From positions 181,108 to 245,107 of the forward strand of contig CACBGZ010000001.1 in the NCBI GenBank assembly GCA_902538915.1: 64,000 nucleotides of DNA. The letters are read 5' to 3'. The translations under genes were made by a program, and so were the position numbers. Position 1 is the stretch's first letter, and each line of letters starts with the position of its first letter. The DNA comes from an uncultured Pelagibacteraceae bacterium (lineage in GTDB: Bacteria; Pseudomonadota; Alphaproteobacteria; Pelagibacterales; Pelagibacteraceae). The notes below the pieces were generated by a model. It did no database searches. It saw only the letters and a program-made list of their open reading frames with translations, and was not told where the DNA came from. Below are positions 18,449 through 28,698 of the stretch, one piece after another.

Positions 18449-18954
18449 TTAAAATTACTTAACCATTTTATAAATTCCTCGTTTTCAAAATTTATTGATC
18501 CAACAATTCTCGCAAACTCAAATCCATCTTTATTTAATAAAATTGTGGTAGGTATACCTCTTAAACCAAATTTTTTGGCCAGAGTTATTGGTGAGTCAAA
18601 ATATGTATCTAAATTTTTAATTTTAAGGTCATTAAAAAAATTTATGGCTTTTTCTTCACTTTCTTGACCAACATTTATAGGAAATATCTTTAAATTATCT
18701 AAACTGGCTTTTTCATCTAATAAATCTAAAGAAGGCATTTCTTCTTTACAAGGGGCACACCAAGTTGCCCAAAAATTCAGCAAAATTAATTTTCCTTTAA
18801 AATCCTTTAAGTTTATCTGCTCTTTTTTAGAGTCGAGGAATGTTAAATCATCATATTTCTTTAATTCTTTGTTGATAACAAGATTTTTTATATTAGTTAT
18901 CTCGTTTGCAACCGAATTAGAAATTAAAATGATAAATATTATTAAAATTCTCAT
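18445..18954 (-). CDS. tlpA: TlpA family thiol:disulfide oxidoreductase
   Basis: NFWATWCAPCKEEMP and cis-Pro GIPTT; divergent from argH. Confidence 0.88.
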   Translation of the reverse strand: MRILIIFIILISNSVANEITNIKNLVINKELKKYDDLTFLDSKKEQINLKDFKGKLILLNFWATWCAPCKEEMPSLDLLDEKASLDNLKIFPINVGQESEEKAINFFNDLKIKNLDTYFDSPITLAKKFGLRGIPTTILLNKDGFEFARIVGSINFENEEFIKWLSNFN

Positions 18955-18978
18955 GCTAAAAAGGTATAATTAATTATC

Positions 18979-20370
18979 ATGGCAAAAAATAAAAACAACC
19001 AGGCAATATGGAGCGCTAGAATCAAGGCAAACACTTCATCAATTTTTCAAAAAGCTGGTAGTTCTATAAATATAGATAAAAGACTATACAAAGAAGATAT
19101 AGCTGCATCTATAGCACACGTAGAAATGTTATTCAGGCAAAAAATAATTTCTTTTAAAATTAAGAATAAAATTGTTTATGGTCTTAATAAGATTGAAAAG
19201 GAAATTTCCAAAAAGAAATTTCAATTTAATGAAAAATACGAGGATATTCATTTAAATATTGAAAAAAGACTTTTTCAAATTATTGGAGATGAAGCAGGCT
19301 ATTTGCATATAGCAAGATCAAGAAATGATCAGGTAATTACAGATTTTAAAATTTGGATCAGATCTGCTTCAAAAAAAATTATAGTTAGAATAGATAGCAT
19401 AATTAAAAATTCAATAAAGTTAGCCGAAAAAAATGTAGATACTATCATGCCTGGTTTCACGCATCTCAAAAATGCTCAGGCAATTTCGTTTGCACATTAC
19501 ATAATGGCTTATATTGAAATGTTTGAGAGAGATAAAAAAAGATTTTCTAATAATTTAGAAAATTTGAGTGAAAATCCTTTAGGTGCTGCTGCGCTCACAG
19601 GAACATCCTTTAATATCGATAGAAATTATACTACAAAAAAATTAGGCTTTAAGAAACCAACAAAAAACTCAATCGATACAGTTTCTGATAGAGATTTTGT
19701 TTTAGATTTTTTATTTAGTGTATCTATCTGTTCTATGCATATCTCTAGAATTGCCGAGGAGCTCATTATATGGAACTCAGATGGCTTCAAACTAATAAAT
19801 TTATCTGACAAAGTAGTTACTGGCTCATCAATAATGCCTCAAAAGAAAAATCCAGATCTTTTAGAATTCATAAGAGGAAAATCAGGACTTTCTTATGGAA
19901 ATCTCTTTGCTATGCTTACAATTTTGAAAGGCTTGCCATTATCCTATTTTAAAGATCTTCAGGATGATAAAGAAATAATTTTTAAATCGTTTGATACCTT
20001 GTCTGATTGTTTAAAAATATTTGATGAAATTCTCAAAAACTTAAGCCCCAACAAGAAGAGAATGTTGGAACTCGCAAACTATGGTTATATTACCGCTACG
20101 GATTTAGCTGATTACCTTGTCACAAATCATTCAGTGCCTTTTAGAAAAGCTTATCAGAAAACTGCAAAAATAGTTAATTTTGCAGAAAAGAAAAAGAGAA
20201 GACTCGATGAATTAACTTTAGAAGAATTAAGAATGATTGAGCCAAAACTAACAAAAGATGTTTTAAAAGTATTTGATTTGAAGAATTCTATAAAAACAAA
20301 AAAATCATATGGTGGAACATCTTTTGTAAATATAAAAAAAATGATAATGAACTATAAAAAACAAAAATGA
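18979..20370 (+). CDS. argH: Argininosuccinate lyase
   Basis: RSRNDQ, MPGFTHL and GSSIMPQKKNPD motifs. Confidence 0.97.
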   Translation: MAKNKNNQAIWSARIKANTSSIFQKAGSSINIDKRLYKEDIAASIAHVEMLFRQKIISFKIKNKIVYGLNKIEKEISKKKFQFNEKYEDIHLNIEKRLFQIIGDEAGYLHIARSRNDQVITDFKIWIRSASKKIIVRIDSIIKNSIKLAEKNVDTIMPGFTHLKNAQAISFAHYIMAYIEMFERDKKRFSNNLENLSENPLGAAALTGTSFNIDRNYTTKKLGFKKPTKNSIDTVSDRDFVLDFLFSVSICSMHISRIAEELIIWNSDGFKLINLSDKVVTGSSIMPQKKNPDLLEFIRGKSGLSYGNLFAMLTILKGLPLSYFKDLQDDKEIIFKSFDTLSDCLKIFDEILKNLSPNKKRMLELANYGYITATDLADYLVTNHSVPFRKAYQKTAKIVNFAEKKKRRLDELTLEELRMIEPKLTKDVLKVFDLKNSIKTKKSYGGTSFVNIKKMIMNYKKQK

Positions 20371-20498
20371 TAAAAAAATTATTTTTAACTCTAATATTTA
20401 TAAATTTTTTGATTTCATGTGGAAAAAAAAGTGACCCAGAATATAAAGAGTCATTAGATAGAACTATAATTCAAAATAAAATTATAAAAAAATCTTAA
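20367..20498 (+). CDS. 43-aa lipoprotein, LptM/YifL-like (MIKKLFLTLIFINFLISCGKKSDPEYK...)
   Basis: Manual translation; lipobox LISC followed by GKK; ATGA overlap with argH and TAATG overlap with lysA. Confidence 0.8.
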   Translation: MIKKLFLTLIFINFLISCGKKSDPEYKESLDRTIIQNKIIKKS

Positions 20499-21712
20499 TG
20501 AAATATTTGAAAAAAAAACTCACTATTGAAAATGTTAAAGTGAATTATATAGCTAATAAATATGGTACACCTACGTATTGCTATTCTCACTCAGAATTAA
20601 AAAAGAATATTGATAACTTCAAAAATAGTTTTAAGTCTTTTTCTCCTCTGATATGCTTTGCAGTTAAGTCAAACACTAATATCAATTTAATTAGAGAAAT
20701 TAAAAAATTTGGTCTAGGTGCTGATGTGGTATCTATGGGAGAATTAATGATGGCTATTAAAGCTGGAATTAACCCAAAAAAAATAGTCTTTTCTGGAGTT
20801 GGCAAAACTTTCGATGAAATTAATTATGCTATAAATAAAAAAATTTTTTTAATTAATGCTGAGTCAGAAAGTGAAATTAAACAAATTGAAAAAATTGCAA
20901 AATTAAAAAAAAAGAAAATAAAAATAGGCATTAGATTAAATCCCAATACTGATGCAAAAACTTTAAGTCAAATCTCCACAGGTAAGAAGGAAAATAAATT
21001 TGGAGTTAATAGCAAAACTTTTATCAGAATTATAAATAATTATAAAAATTCAAAAAATATTGAATTAAAATGTTTAAGTGTTCATATTGGAAGTCAAATT
21101 CTCGATCACAAACCTTATGAAAAAATGATTAAGTCTATTTCTGAAATACTTAAAAAAATTAAATACAAATTTGAGTATATAGATCTCGGTGGTGGTATGG
21201 GAATTTCTTATAATAACCAACAAAAAAAACTAAATTATAAAAAATATTACTTAGCAATTAAAAAATTCTTAAATAAATACAAATCTAAAATAATATTTGA
21301 ACCTGGCAGATCTATAATAGGAAATACTGGTATTTTAATTACTAAAATAATATATATTAAAAAAAGCGGGAAAAAAAAATTCATTATTTTAGACGCTGCT
21401 ATGAATGATTTAATGAGACCAGCTCTATACGGTGCAATTCATAAAATAATGCCTTCATTAAAAAGAAATAAAATATCTAATGAAAATCATGAATTTGTTG
21501 GACCAATTTGTGAGAGTACAGATAGTTTTTTAAATTTAAAAAAATTCCAAGAATTGAGAGAAGATGAGATAATTGTAATATGCGATGTAGGTGCATACGG
21601 TATGTCTCTAAGCTCTAATTATAACTTGAGACCAAAACCAATCGAATTACTGATAAAGGGATCTAAAATTAAGGTTATTAAAAAGCGACAAAGGCATAAA
21701 GATTTTATTTAG
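20498..21712 (+). CDS. lysA: Diaminopimelate decarboxylase
   Basis: FAVKSN, HIGSQ, EPGRS and GPICES motifs. Confidence 0.96.
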   Translation: MKYLKKKLTIENVKVNYIANKYGTPTYCYSHSELKKNIDNFKNSFKSFSPLICFAVKSNTNINLIREIKKFGLGADVVSMGELMMAIKAGINPKKIVFSGVGKTFDEINYAINKKIFLINAESESEIKQIEKIAKLKKKKIKIGIRLNPNTDAKTLSQISTGKKENKFGVNSKTFIRIINNYKNSKNIELKCLSVHIGSQILDHKPYEKMIKSISEILKKIKYKFEYIDLGGGMGISYNNQQKKLNYKKYYLAIKKFLNKYKSKIIFEPGRSIIGNTGILITKIIYIKKSGKKKFIILDAAMNDLMRPALYGAIHKIMPSLKRNKISNENHEFVGPICESTDSFLNLKKFQELREDEIIVICDVGAYGMSLSSNYNLRPKPIELLIKGSKIKVIKKRQRHKDFI

Positions 21713-21722
21713 CTTTTGAAAG

Positions 21723-22424
21723 ATGATTAGAAACTTTTTATTTTCAACTTTCTTTTTTAGTGGAGTATTAATAATCTCGATAATTTTTTTACCGTCATTT
21801 TTTTTTCCTCAAAAAATAGCTTTATATGGTGGCAAAATAATGGGTTATTGGACGGGTATTTGTTTAAGATTTTTTTTGAATACAAAAATTGAGGTAAAAG
21901 GAAGGGAAAATATTATTAAAAGTGAAAAATTTTTTATAGCTGCATCTCACCAATCCATGTTCGAAACTTTTTACTTGCAGACTATATTTAATTCTCCAAT
22001 TTTTATTCTCAAAAAAGAACTAACTTATATTCCTATTTTTGGTTGGTATTTAATAAAAATTGGATCTATTTCAATTAAAAGAAATAAGATTTCTAAAGAT
22101 AATTTAGATTTTTTTGGTAATATTTCTGAAAAATTAATAAATACTGAAAGGCCACTAATAATCTTTCCACAAGGAACGAGGGTTTTACCCGATGAACGTC
22201 CACCTTTTAAGAAAGGTGTATCAAGGATTTATGAGGAATTAAAGATTGCATGCCAACCAGTTGCGATCAATTCAGGGTATGTTTGGCCAAAGGAAGGAAT
22301 TAAAAATAAAAAAAGAACAATAACAATTTCAATTTTAAAACCCATACACTCCGGTATACCTAAAGATGAGTTTTTAAAACATTTAGAAAACTGCATTTAC
22401 ACAGAGCTCAATTTACTTTGCTAA
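21723..22424 (+). CDS. plsC: 1-acyl-sn-glycerol-3-phosphate acyltransferase family
   Basis: HQSMFET and IFPQGTR motifs. Confidence 0.85.
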   Translation: MIRNFLFSTFFFSGVLIISIIFLPSFFFPQKIALYGGKIMGYWTGICLRFFLNTKIEVKGRENIIKSEKFFIAASHQSMFETFYLQTIFNSPIFILKKELTYIPIFGWYLIKIGSISIKRNKISKDNLDFFGNISEKLINTERPLIIFPQGTRVLPDERPPFKKGVSRIYEELKIACQPVAINSGYVWPKEGIKNKKRTITISILKPIHSGIPKDEFLKHLENCIYTELNLLC

Positions 22425-23533
22425 CCTTTCATTGGCATAACAACAAATATACTATTAAAATCACCAGGATCTTTAATCAACGCAGGTGAGCCACTGTCAT
22501 TAAAATATATTTCAACTTTCTCTCCATCTAATTGAGATGCAATATCAATCAAATATCTCGAATTAAAACTTATTTCTAAGTCATGATCAAATTTTACCGA
22601 TAATGTTTCTTTACCGTCTCCACTATTTGTATTATTTACCGACAAATTTAAAACATCTTTTTCTAAACTAAATTTTACTCCATCCTTTTTGTCTAGTGAA
22701 ACCGAGGCTACTCTATCAACCGAATTTAAAAAAAGTTTTAAGTCTATTTCTAACTTTTTTTGATTATTTTTTGGTATGACCTGTATATAATTAGGAAATT
22801 TTCCATCAATCAACTTTGATATTAAAACACTGTTATTTAATTCAAATTTAATTTTTGATTTAACATTAGAAATTTTTACATCACCATCATAATTATCTAA
22901 TAAAGAGCATAATTGAAAAATAGTTTTTTTTGGTAATATTATAGGTTCGAAAGCTATATCTTTATCTAATCTAATTTTAGATATTGACATCCTATGGCTA
23001 TCAGTTGCTGCTGCTGTTAAATAATTTTTATCTTCAAAATCTGTTTTATGAATATAAATGCCACTTAAATAATGTCTTGTTTCATCATTTGAAATAGAAA
23101 ATTTACATTTATTTAAAAGTTTAAGAAGTTGTTTGGATTTGATAACAAAAACATCTTGATTAAAGTCCTCCCCAGTTACTGGAAATTCTGAGGCACTCAT
23201 ACAATTAAGATTGAAATTAGACTTTTCTGATTGCAAGTTTAATTTACTCTTTTCATTAAGTGTTAGATTAATTTTTTTTCCAGAAGAAAGTTTTCTTACA
23301 ATATCATACAATGTAGATGAAGTTGTTGTGGTTGTTCCTTCCTCTAGAACTTCGACATTTTTTATCTGATGAATAAATATTAAATCTAAATCAGTAGCTG
23401 TCACTGTGAGATTTGAGCTTTGAGCATTCAATAGTATGTTTGATAAAATCGGAAGTGTGCTCCTTTTTTCTATTACCCCTTGACAATAATTTAAAGCTTG
23501 CTGAAAATCTTGTTGATTTACATTAAATTTCAT
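22421..23533 (-). CDS. dnaN: DNA polymerase III beta clamp
   Basis: TLPILSN, ATDLD, ATDSHR and LIDGKFPNY; ATG at 23533. Confidence 0.97.
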   Translation of the reverse strand: MKFNVNQQDFQQALNYCQGVIEKRSTLPILSNILLNAQSSNLTVTATDLDLIFIHQIKNVEVLEEGTTTTTSSTLYDIVRKLSSGKKINLTLNEKSKLNLQSEKSNFNLNCMSASEFPVTGEDFNQDVFVIKSKQLLKLLNKCKFSISNDETRHYLSGIYIHKTDFEDKNYLTAAATDSHRMSISKIRLDKDIAFEPIILPKKTIFQLCSLLDNYDGDVKISNVKSKIKFELNNSVLISKLIDGKFPNYIQVIPKNNQKKLEIDLKLFLNSVDRVASVSLDKKDGVKFSLEKDVLNLSVNNTNSGDGKETLSVKFDHDLEISFNSRYLIDIASQLDGEKVEIYFNDSGSPALIKDPGDFNSIFVVMPMKG

Positions 23534-24941
23534 CTTCAATATTGTTATATAATATTTGATTTTTTAATTTATTTATATTCTCTACCATCGTCAGGTCTTT
23601 TTCCTTCAACTTTTCGATGGTTTTAACGGAATGAATTATTGTTGTATGATCTCTATTGGAGAATTCTCTTCCAATCTCAGGGAGTGATTTTGAGGTCAAA
23701 ATTTTTGTTAAATAAATTCCTATTTGTCTAGGTCTTACTAAATATCTAGATCTTCTGGACGATAACATTTCGTTCTTACTAATTTTAAAAAATTTACAAA
23801 CTAACGTCTGTATGAGATCTATTGTGACTTTATTCTCATTTAGATTTAGCAAGTCTTTTAAGACAACTTTGGTCTCCGAAAGATTTGGAGCTTTAGTATA
23901 GATTCTTGAAAAAGAGAAAATTCTATTTATTGCTCCTACTAATTCTCTTATGCTAGCAGTAATTTCTTTGCTAATAAAATCCTCAATTTCTTTGGAAATT
24001 TTTACTTCATCAGAATATAAATTGTTAAATTCCTCAATTTTTTTTGAAACAATTTTTTTTCTAAGCTCGTAATCTGGTTTCTGTATATCAACAACTAAAC
24101 CACCAGAAAACCTTGATTTAATTCTTTCTTGAATCCTTGATAACCTATTTGGTGGTCTATCTGCAGAAACAATAATCTTTGATCCCTTTTCTTTCAAAGC
24201 ATTAAATGTGTGAAAAAACTCCTCCTGCATTGCTTCTTTACCATTCATAAACTGAATATCATCAATTAACAAAACATTAGTATTTCTGAAATATTCTTTG
24301 AACTTTACCATATCATTAGATTTTATTGACTTAACAAATTGATACATAAATCTTTCTGCTGAAATGAACATTACTGTATTATTTTTTTTTAATTTAAAAC
24401 CAATAGAGTTTAAAAGATGTGTTTTACCCATCCCAACACCTCCATAAATATAAAGAGGATTATAATTTGAAACATTTTCTGAAACTTTTAGTGAAGCTTC
24501 AAAAGCTAACTTGTTACTAGATCCTGTTATAAAATTTTCAAATGTTTTATTTGGGTCAATTCGATTGTATTGAAGATAAGATTCTTTTATAAAAGAAATA
24601 TTTTCTCTTTTTTTAGATTGATTATAGTTTTTATCTTTTTGCTGGTTTTTTAAATTTTGTGAGTCAATTCTAAACTCTATTCTAATGATTTCTTTCTTGT
24701 GGTTTTTTAAAGACTGTAGAATTTGATCTAAATACCTAGAAGTAATCCAGTCTCTTATAAATCTTGTAGGAACAGATAATAAAACGTAGTTATGAAATTC
24801 CTCTACAAAGACAATCTTTTTAAGCCAACTTTCATAAATATCCATGCCTAATTTGTTTTTCATATCTGCTCGAATCATTTCCCAATCCAATTTTTCAGAT
24901 TTCAAATTAGATAACTTATTTTCTGTAAATGTATTATTCAT
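23523..24941 (-). CDS. dnaA: Chromosomal replication initiator
   Basis: NPLYIYGGVGMGKTHL, LLIDDIQF and RDHTTIIH motifs. Confidence 0.98.
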   Translation of the reverse strand: MNNTFTENKLSNLKSEKLDWEMIRADMKNKLGMDIYESWLKKIVFVEEFHNYVLLSVPTRFIRDWITSRYLDQILQSLKNHKKEIIRIEFRIDSQNLKNQQKDKNYNQSKKRENISFIKESYLQYNRIDPNKTFENFITGSSNKLAFEASLKVSENVSNYNPLYIYGGVGMGKTHLLNSIGFKLKKNNTVMFISAERFMYQFVKSIKSNDMVKFKEYFRNTNVLLIDDIQFMNGKEAMQEEFFHTFNALKEKGSKIIVSADRPPNRLSRIQERIKSRFSGGLVVDIQKPDYELRKKIVSKKIEEFNNLYSDEVKISKEIEDFISKEITASIRELVGAINRIFSFSRIYTKAPNLSETKVVLKDLLNLNENKVTIDLIQTLVCKFFKISKNEMLSSRRSRYLVRPRQIGIYLTKILTSKSLPEIGREFSNRDHTTIIHSVKTIEKLKEKDLTMVENINKLKNQILYNNIEDEI

Positions 24942-25150
24942 TTTTGAGGAAATATTAGTTACAACTATTCATAAGTTTATTGCAACAAATAATTAGAAAA
25001 AAAATCAAAAAAATAAAATCTAGGATTGTGTTTTTTTTTATCTTTTCGAAAAAATTCTTTGACAAATAAAAATTTTATGTATCAAAATTTATAAAATTAT
25101 TATTTGCAAAAAATATATTAAAAATTTACTAAATCAAAATCTTGTGAATT

Positions 25151-25182
25151 AAAAAAATTAAAACATACATAGGGTGTATGCC
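25151..25182 (-). terminator. Probable intrinsic terminator after rpsT
   Basis: Minus strand GGCATACA-CCCTA-TGTATGTT followed by TTAATTTTTTT. Confidence 0.55.
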
Positions 25183-25211
25183 TTAAGTTGAATCAACCAG
25201 TAATATACAAA

Positions 25212-25472
25212 TTAAATTAAATTAATTTTTTTTGAAATTCTTGAGACGTTTCTTGAAGCGTTTTGTTTTTTTATTATACCAGTCTTAGCAATTTTCATTA
25301 ATTCTGAATTCAACTTGGGTAAGAATTTTAGTGCTTCTGACTTTTTTTTACTATCAATTAAAAGATTCATCTTTTTTAATGCATTCTTATACCTGCTTTT
25401 TCTAGCTCTATTAACTGCAGTTTGTCTTGAGATTCTTCTAATTTTTTTAATTGCTGATTTTGTGTTAGCCAT
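25212..25472 (-). CDS. rpsT: 30S ribosomal protein S20
   Basis: MANTKSAIKKIR...N.ARKSR signature. Confidence 0.97.
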   Translation of the reverse strand: MANTKSAIKKIRRISRQTAVNRARKSRYKNALKKMNLLIDSKKKSEALKFLPKLNSELMKIAKTGIIKKQNASRNVSRISKKINLI

Positions 25473-25510
25473 ATGCGCAGGGGTATAGCTCGAGAATTAA
25501 TTTTGGTCAA
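25473..25510 (-). promoter_or_regulatory. rpsT promoter TTGACC-17-TATACC with GC-rich discriminator
   Basis: Minus strand TTGACC AAAATTAATTCTCGAGC TATACC CCTGCGCAT ATG. Confidence 0.7.
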
Positions 25511-25518
25511 CGAAATAA

Positions 25519-26385
25519 TCATAATTTTTGACAGATATTACAAAAAAAAGAGGACCTATTAGAAATTTTTTTTTTTTGAATAACTCCTTTACAATAAGAA
25601 CGCTTACACTTTAACCCATTTCTTTCATAAACTTTAAAATTTTTTTGAAAACTTCCTGATTTGCCATCTGTATTTTTAAAATCCCTAATACTAGATCCTC
25701 CTTGTCCAATTGCATCAATCAAAACCTTTTTAGAATTTAGTATTATCTTTTCACAATCCTTTTTATTCAATAAAGATACTTTTTTCTCTGGATTTATATT
25801 GCTTAAAAATAAAATTTCACTTGCATAGATATTGCCTATACCAGATACGAAAAATTGGTCTAATAAAAAATTCTTAATATTTTTTTTTTTACCCTTAAAA
25901 AAAGGAAAAACATAATTTAAATTAAATTCATTTTGTAAAGGTTCAGGTCCAAGTTTAGAAAATCTCTCTTCTAAAATTTCTATATCTTCTGCAATCTCAA
26001 AAAAACCAAATCTTCTAGGATCATTATAGACAATCTTAAAATTTTCAAAAAATATCTCTACATGATTATGTTTTTTTGGTAACTGAGGAGAATTATAAAA
26101 ACTAGTATTGGTCACTATACTCTTTTTATAATTATCAACTAGATGAATTGTTCCTGACATACCTAGATGTAATAGACAGTAACTATGATTTGATAGGCAA
26201 ATAATAATATATTTGGAGAATCTTTTAACTTCTATTATTTTTTTTCCAGTAAGGTATTTAGCAAAATTTATTGGTATCTTTGATCTCAGATTTCTATTTC
26301 TAATTAATACTTTTTTAACCACTTTTTGTTTTATTTTTTTATTTAGTGATTGTCTTACTATTTCTACTTCTGGTAATTCTGGCAT
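25519..26385 (-). CDS. mutM: Formamidopyrimidine-DNA glycosylase
   Basis: MPELPEVE, HLGMSG, GIGNIYASE and C-terminal zinc finger. Confidence 0.97.
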   Translation of the reverse strand: MPELPEVEIVRQSLNKKIKQKVVKKVLIRNRNLRSKIPINFAKYLTGKKIIEVKRFSKYIIICLSNHSYCLLHLGMSGTIHLVDNYKKSIVTNTSFYNSPQLPKKHNHVEIFFENFKIVYNDPRRFGFFEIAEDIEILEERFSKLGPEPLQNEFNLNYVFPFFKGKKKNIKNFLLDQFFVSGIGNIYASEILFLSNINPEKKVSLLNKKDCEKIILNSKKVLIDAIGQGGSSIRDFKNTDGKSGSFQKNFKVYERNGLKCKRSYCKGVIQKKKISNRSSFFCNICQKL

Positions 26386-26417
26386 TTATTACTATATTGA
26401 ATATATATTTTTGAATT

Positions 26418-27122
26418 ATGCAACAATATCTACAAAATAAAAAAGGTTTAGTCCAAAATGTTTTTGATCAAGTTTATGATCGTTATGATCTAATGAATGA
26501 TTTTATGTCATTGGGTGTTCATAGGTTGTGGAAAAAAAATCTAATTAATATGATGAATCCATCATTAAATCAAAATTTGATCGATGTTGCGTGTGGCACA
26601 GGAGATATTGCAAAACTATTTCTTAAATGTGTGAATGAAACCTCCCAAGTTACATGTGTTGATCCAAACAGAGGAATGATCAGTAAAGGAAAAGAAAAAT
26701 TATCAAAATTTAAAAATATAAATTGGATTATTTCCCAAGCAGAAAATATCCCGTTGTCAGACAATCTATTCGACTTTTATACAATAAGCTTTGGTTTAAG
26801 AAATACTGCTAAAATAAACAATGCAATATCTGAGGCTTATAGAGTTTTAAAACCTGGAGGACGTTTTTTATGCTTAGAATTTTCGAAAATCCAAAATACT
26901 AACTTTGAAAAAATTTACAAAAATTACTCTAAGCTTATTCCCACTCTTGGAAAATTAGTTGTTGGTGAAAAACAGCCCTATGAATATTTAATAAAAAGTA
27001 TTGAAAATTTTTTAAATCAAGAAGAATTAATTGACTTAATGGTAAGGAATAATTTTAAAAAATGCACATATAGAAATTTATCTGGGGGAATTGTTTCTAT
27101 TCATAGTGGGTGGAAAATCTAA
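26418..27122 (+). CDS. ubiE: Ubiquinone biosynthesis C-methyltransferase
   Basis: YDLMNDFMSLGVHRLWK, DVACGTGD and FGLRN motifs. Confidence 0.95.
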   Translation: MQQYLQNKKGLVQNVFDQVYDRYDLMNDFMSLGVHRLWKKNLINMMNPSLNQNLIDVACGTGDIAKLFLKCVNETSQVTCVDPNRGMISKGKEKLSKFKNINWIISQAENIPLSDNLFDFYTISFGLRNTAKINNAISEAYRVLKPGGRFLCLEFSKIQNTNFEKIYKNYSKLIPTLGKLVVGEKQPYEYLIKSIENFLNQEELIDLMVRNNFKKCTYRNLSGGIVSIHSGWKI

Positions 27123-28690
27123 TGATAAAAAAATTTGTTATTCTTTTTAAACTTGGACGAAAAGTAGCCAATTCTGATATTTTAAATATTGTATCAAAAT
27201 TTAAAGAACCACCTTTAGCCATTAAGATTTTATTTAAAATATTATCTTTTTCTTTTTTACCAAAGAAGCAAATAGATTTAAATAAAGATGAGGGAGAGAG
27301 ATTATCTAACTCATTGGAGTCGATGGGTACAACATTTATAAAACTTGGTCAGTTTTTAGCTACAAGGCCAGATATTATTGGCGAAGAACTTTCAAAAAGA
27401 CTTGAAAGCCTTCAAGATAAACTCCCTCCTTTTTCTTTGTTAGAAGCAAAAGAAATTATTAAAAATGATCTAGGCGATGAAGCTTACGACACTATTATTA
27501 ATTTAAGTGAACCAGTTGCAGCAGCCTCTATTGCGCAAGTACATAAAGCACAAATAAATGATAATGGGGTTCTAAAAGATGTTGCCATTAAAATTCTAAG
27601 ACCAAATATTAAAAAAATATTTAATGAAGAAATAGATGCAATGATGCTTTTTGCTTTTCTAATTGAGTCATTTATAAAAAAAACAAAAAGATTAAAATTA
27701 GTTGAGGTAGTTTTTTTGTTAAAGGAAATCACAAATTTAGAAATGGATCTAAGATTTGAAGCCGCTGCAGCAAATGAATATGCCGAGAATACAAAAAATG
27801 ATGCTGGATTTAGAGTTCCACAGATTTATTGGAATTACACTAGTGAAAACGTTATGACTTTAGATTGGGTTGATGGAATATCTATTAGGGAGACACAACA
27901 ACTAAAGAATAAAGAGTTTAATACAGAAAAACTAGCAGAGGACATTATCCAAAACTTTCTAAGACATGCCATTAGGGATGGTTTTTTTCATGCTGACATG
28001 CACCAAGGTAATATTTTTATAGACAACGATGGCCAGATTGTTCCAATTGATTTCGGGATAATGGGACGATTAGACAAAATGAGTAAAAGGTTTTTAGCTG
28101 AAATACTATTTGGTTTTATTCAGAGAGATTATCGCAAGGTTGCAGAAGTGCATTTAATTGCTGGTCTTGTACCTAAGGCAGTACCAATAGACGATCTTGC
28201 ACAAGCACTAAGATCTATTGGAGAACCAATTTTTGGTCAAGCGGTAAAGGACATCTCTGGAGGTAAATTGTTAAAACAACTCTTTGATGTCACCGAAAAA
28301 TTTAATATGCAAACCCAACCACAGCTTTTAATGCTTCAAAAAACCATGGTTGTAGTGGAGGGTGTTGCGAGAAAATTGAACCCTAACACAAATATTTGGA
28401 CCACTTCAAAACCAGTTCTTGAAAGTTGGCTGAGAGAGACAAAAGATCCAATGACAAAATTAAATGAGACATTACAAAATACATCAGAAGTAATTAAAAG
28501 GTTACCTGAATTTCCTGAAATTATGGATAAAGCTAATCAGGCTCTTACTTATTTAGCAAGCGGACAAATTCCTCAAAACTCAAACTCATATACTGCTTTG
28601 AATACTCAAAAATCAGAAATGATTGCTTTTAGAAATCAATCTATTATTAGTATATTAGTTCTTGTAATTTTGGGCCTTTTAATATTTTAA
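27122..28690 (+). CDS. ubiB: UbiB kinase-like ubiquinone biosynthesis protein
   Basis: IKLGQFLATRPD, AAASIAQVH and FFHADMHQGN motifs; TAATG coupling to ubiE. Confidence 0.95.
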   Translation: MIKKFVILFKLGRKVANSDILNIVSKFKEPPLAIKILFKILSFSFLPKKQIDLNKDEGERLSNSLESMGTTFIKLGQFLATRPDIIGEELSKRLESLQDKLPPFSLLEAKEIIKNDLGDEAYDTIINLSEPVAAASIAQVHKAQINDNGVLKDVAIKILRPNIKKIFNEEIDAMMLFAFLIESFIKKTKRLKLVEVVFLLKEITNLEMDLRFEAAAANEYAENTKNDAGFRVPQIYWNYTSENVMTLDWVDGISIRETQQLKNKEFNTEKLAEDIIQNFLRHAIRDGFFHADMHQGNIFIDNDGQIVPIDFGIMGRLDKMSKRFLAEILFGFIQRDYRKVAEVHLIAGLVPKAVPIDDLAQALRSIGEPIFGQAVKDISGGKLLKQLFDVTEKFNMQTQPQLLMLQKTMVVVEGVARKLNPNTNIWTTSKPVLESWLRETKDPMTKLNETLQNTSEVIKRLPEFPEIMDKANQALTYLASGQIPQNSNSYTALNTQKSEMIAFRNQSIISILVLVILGLLIF

Positions 28691-28698
28691 TTTAGACG

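Noticed and set aside
24942-25211. 270-nt AT-rich region upstream of dnaA as oriC
   Set aside because: Only one near-consensus DnaA box (TGTGAATTA, 25143-25151) and a few degenerate ones. Alphaproteobacterial origins are often unlinked to dnaA, and a GC-skew analysis would be needed.
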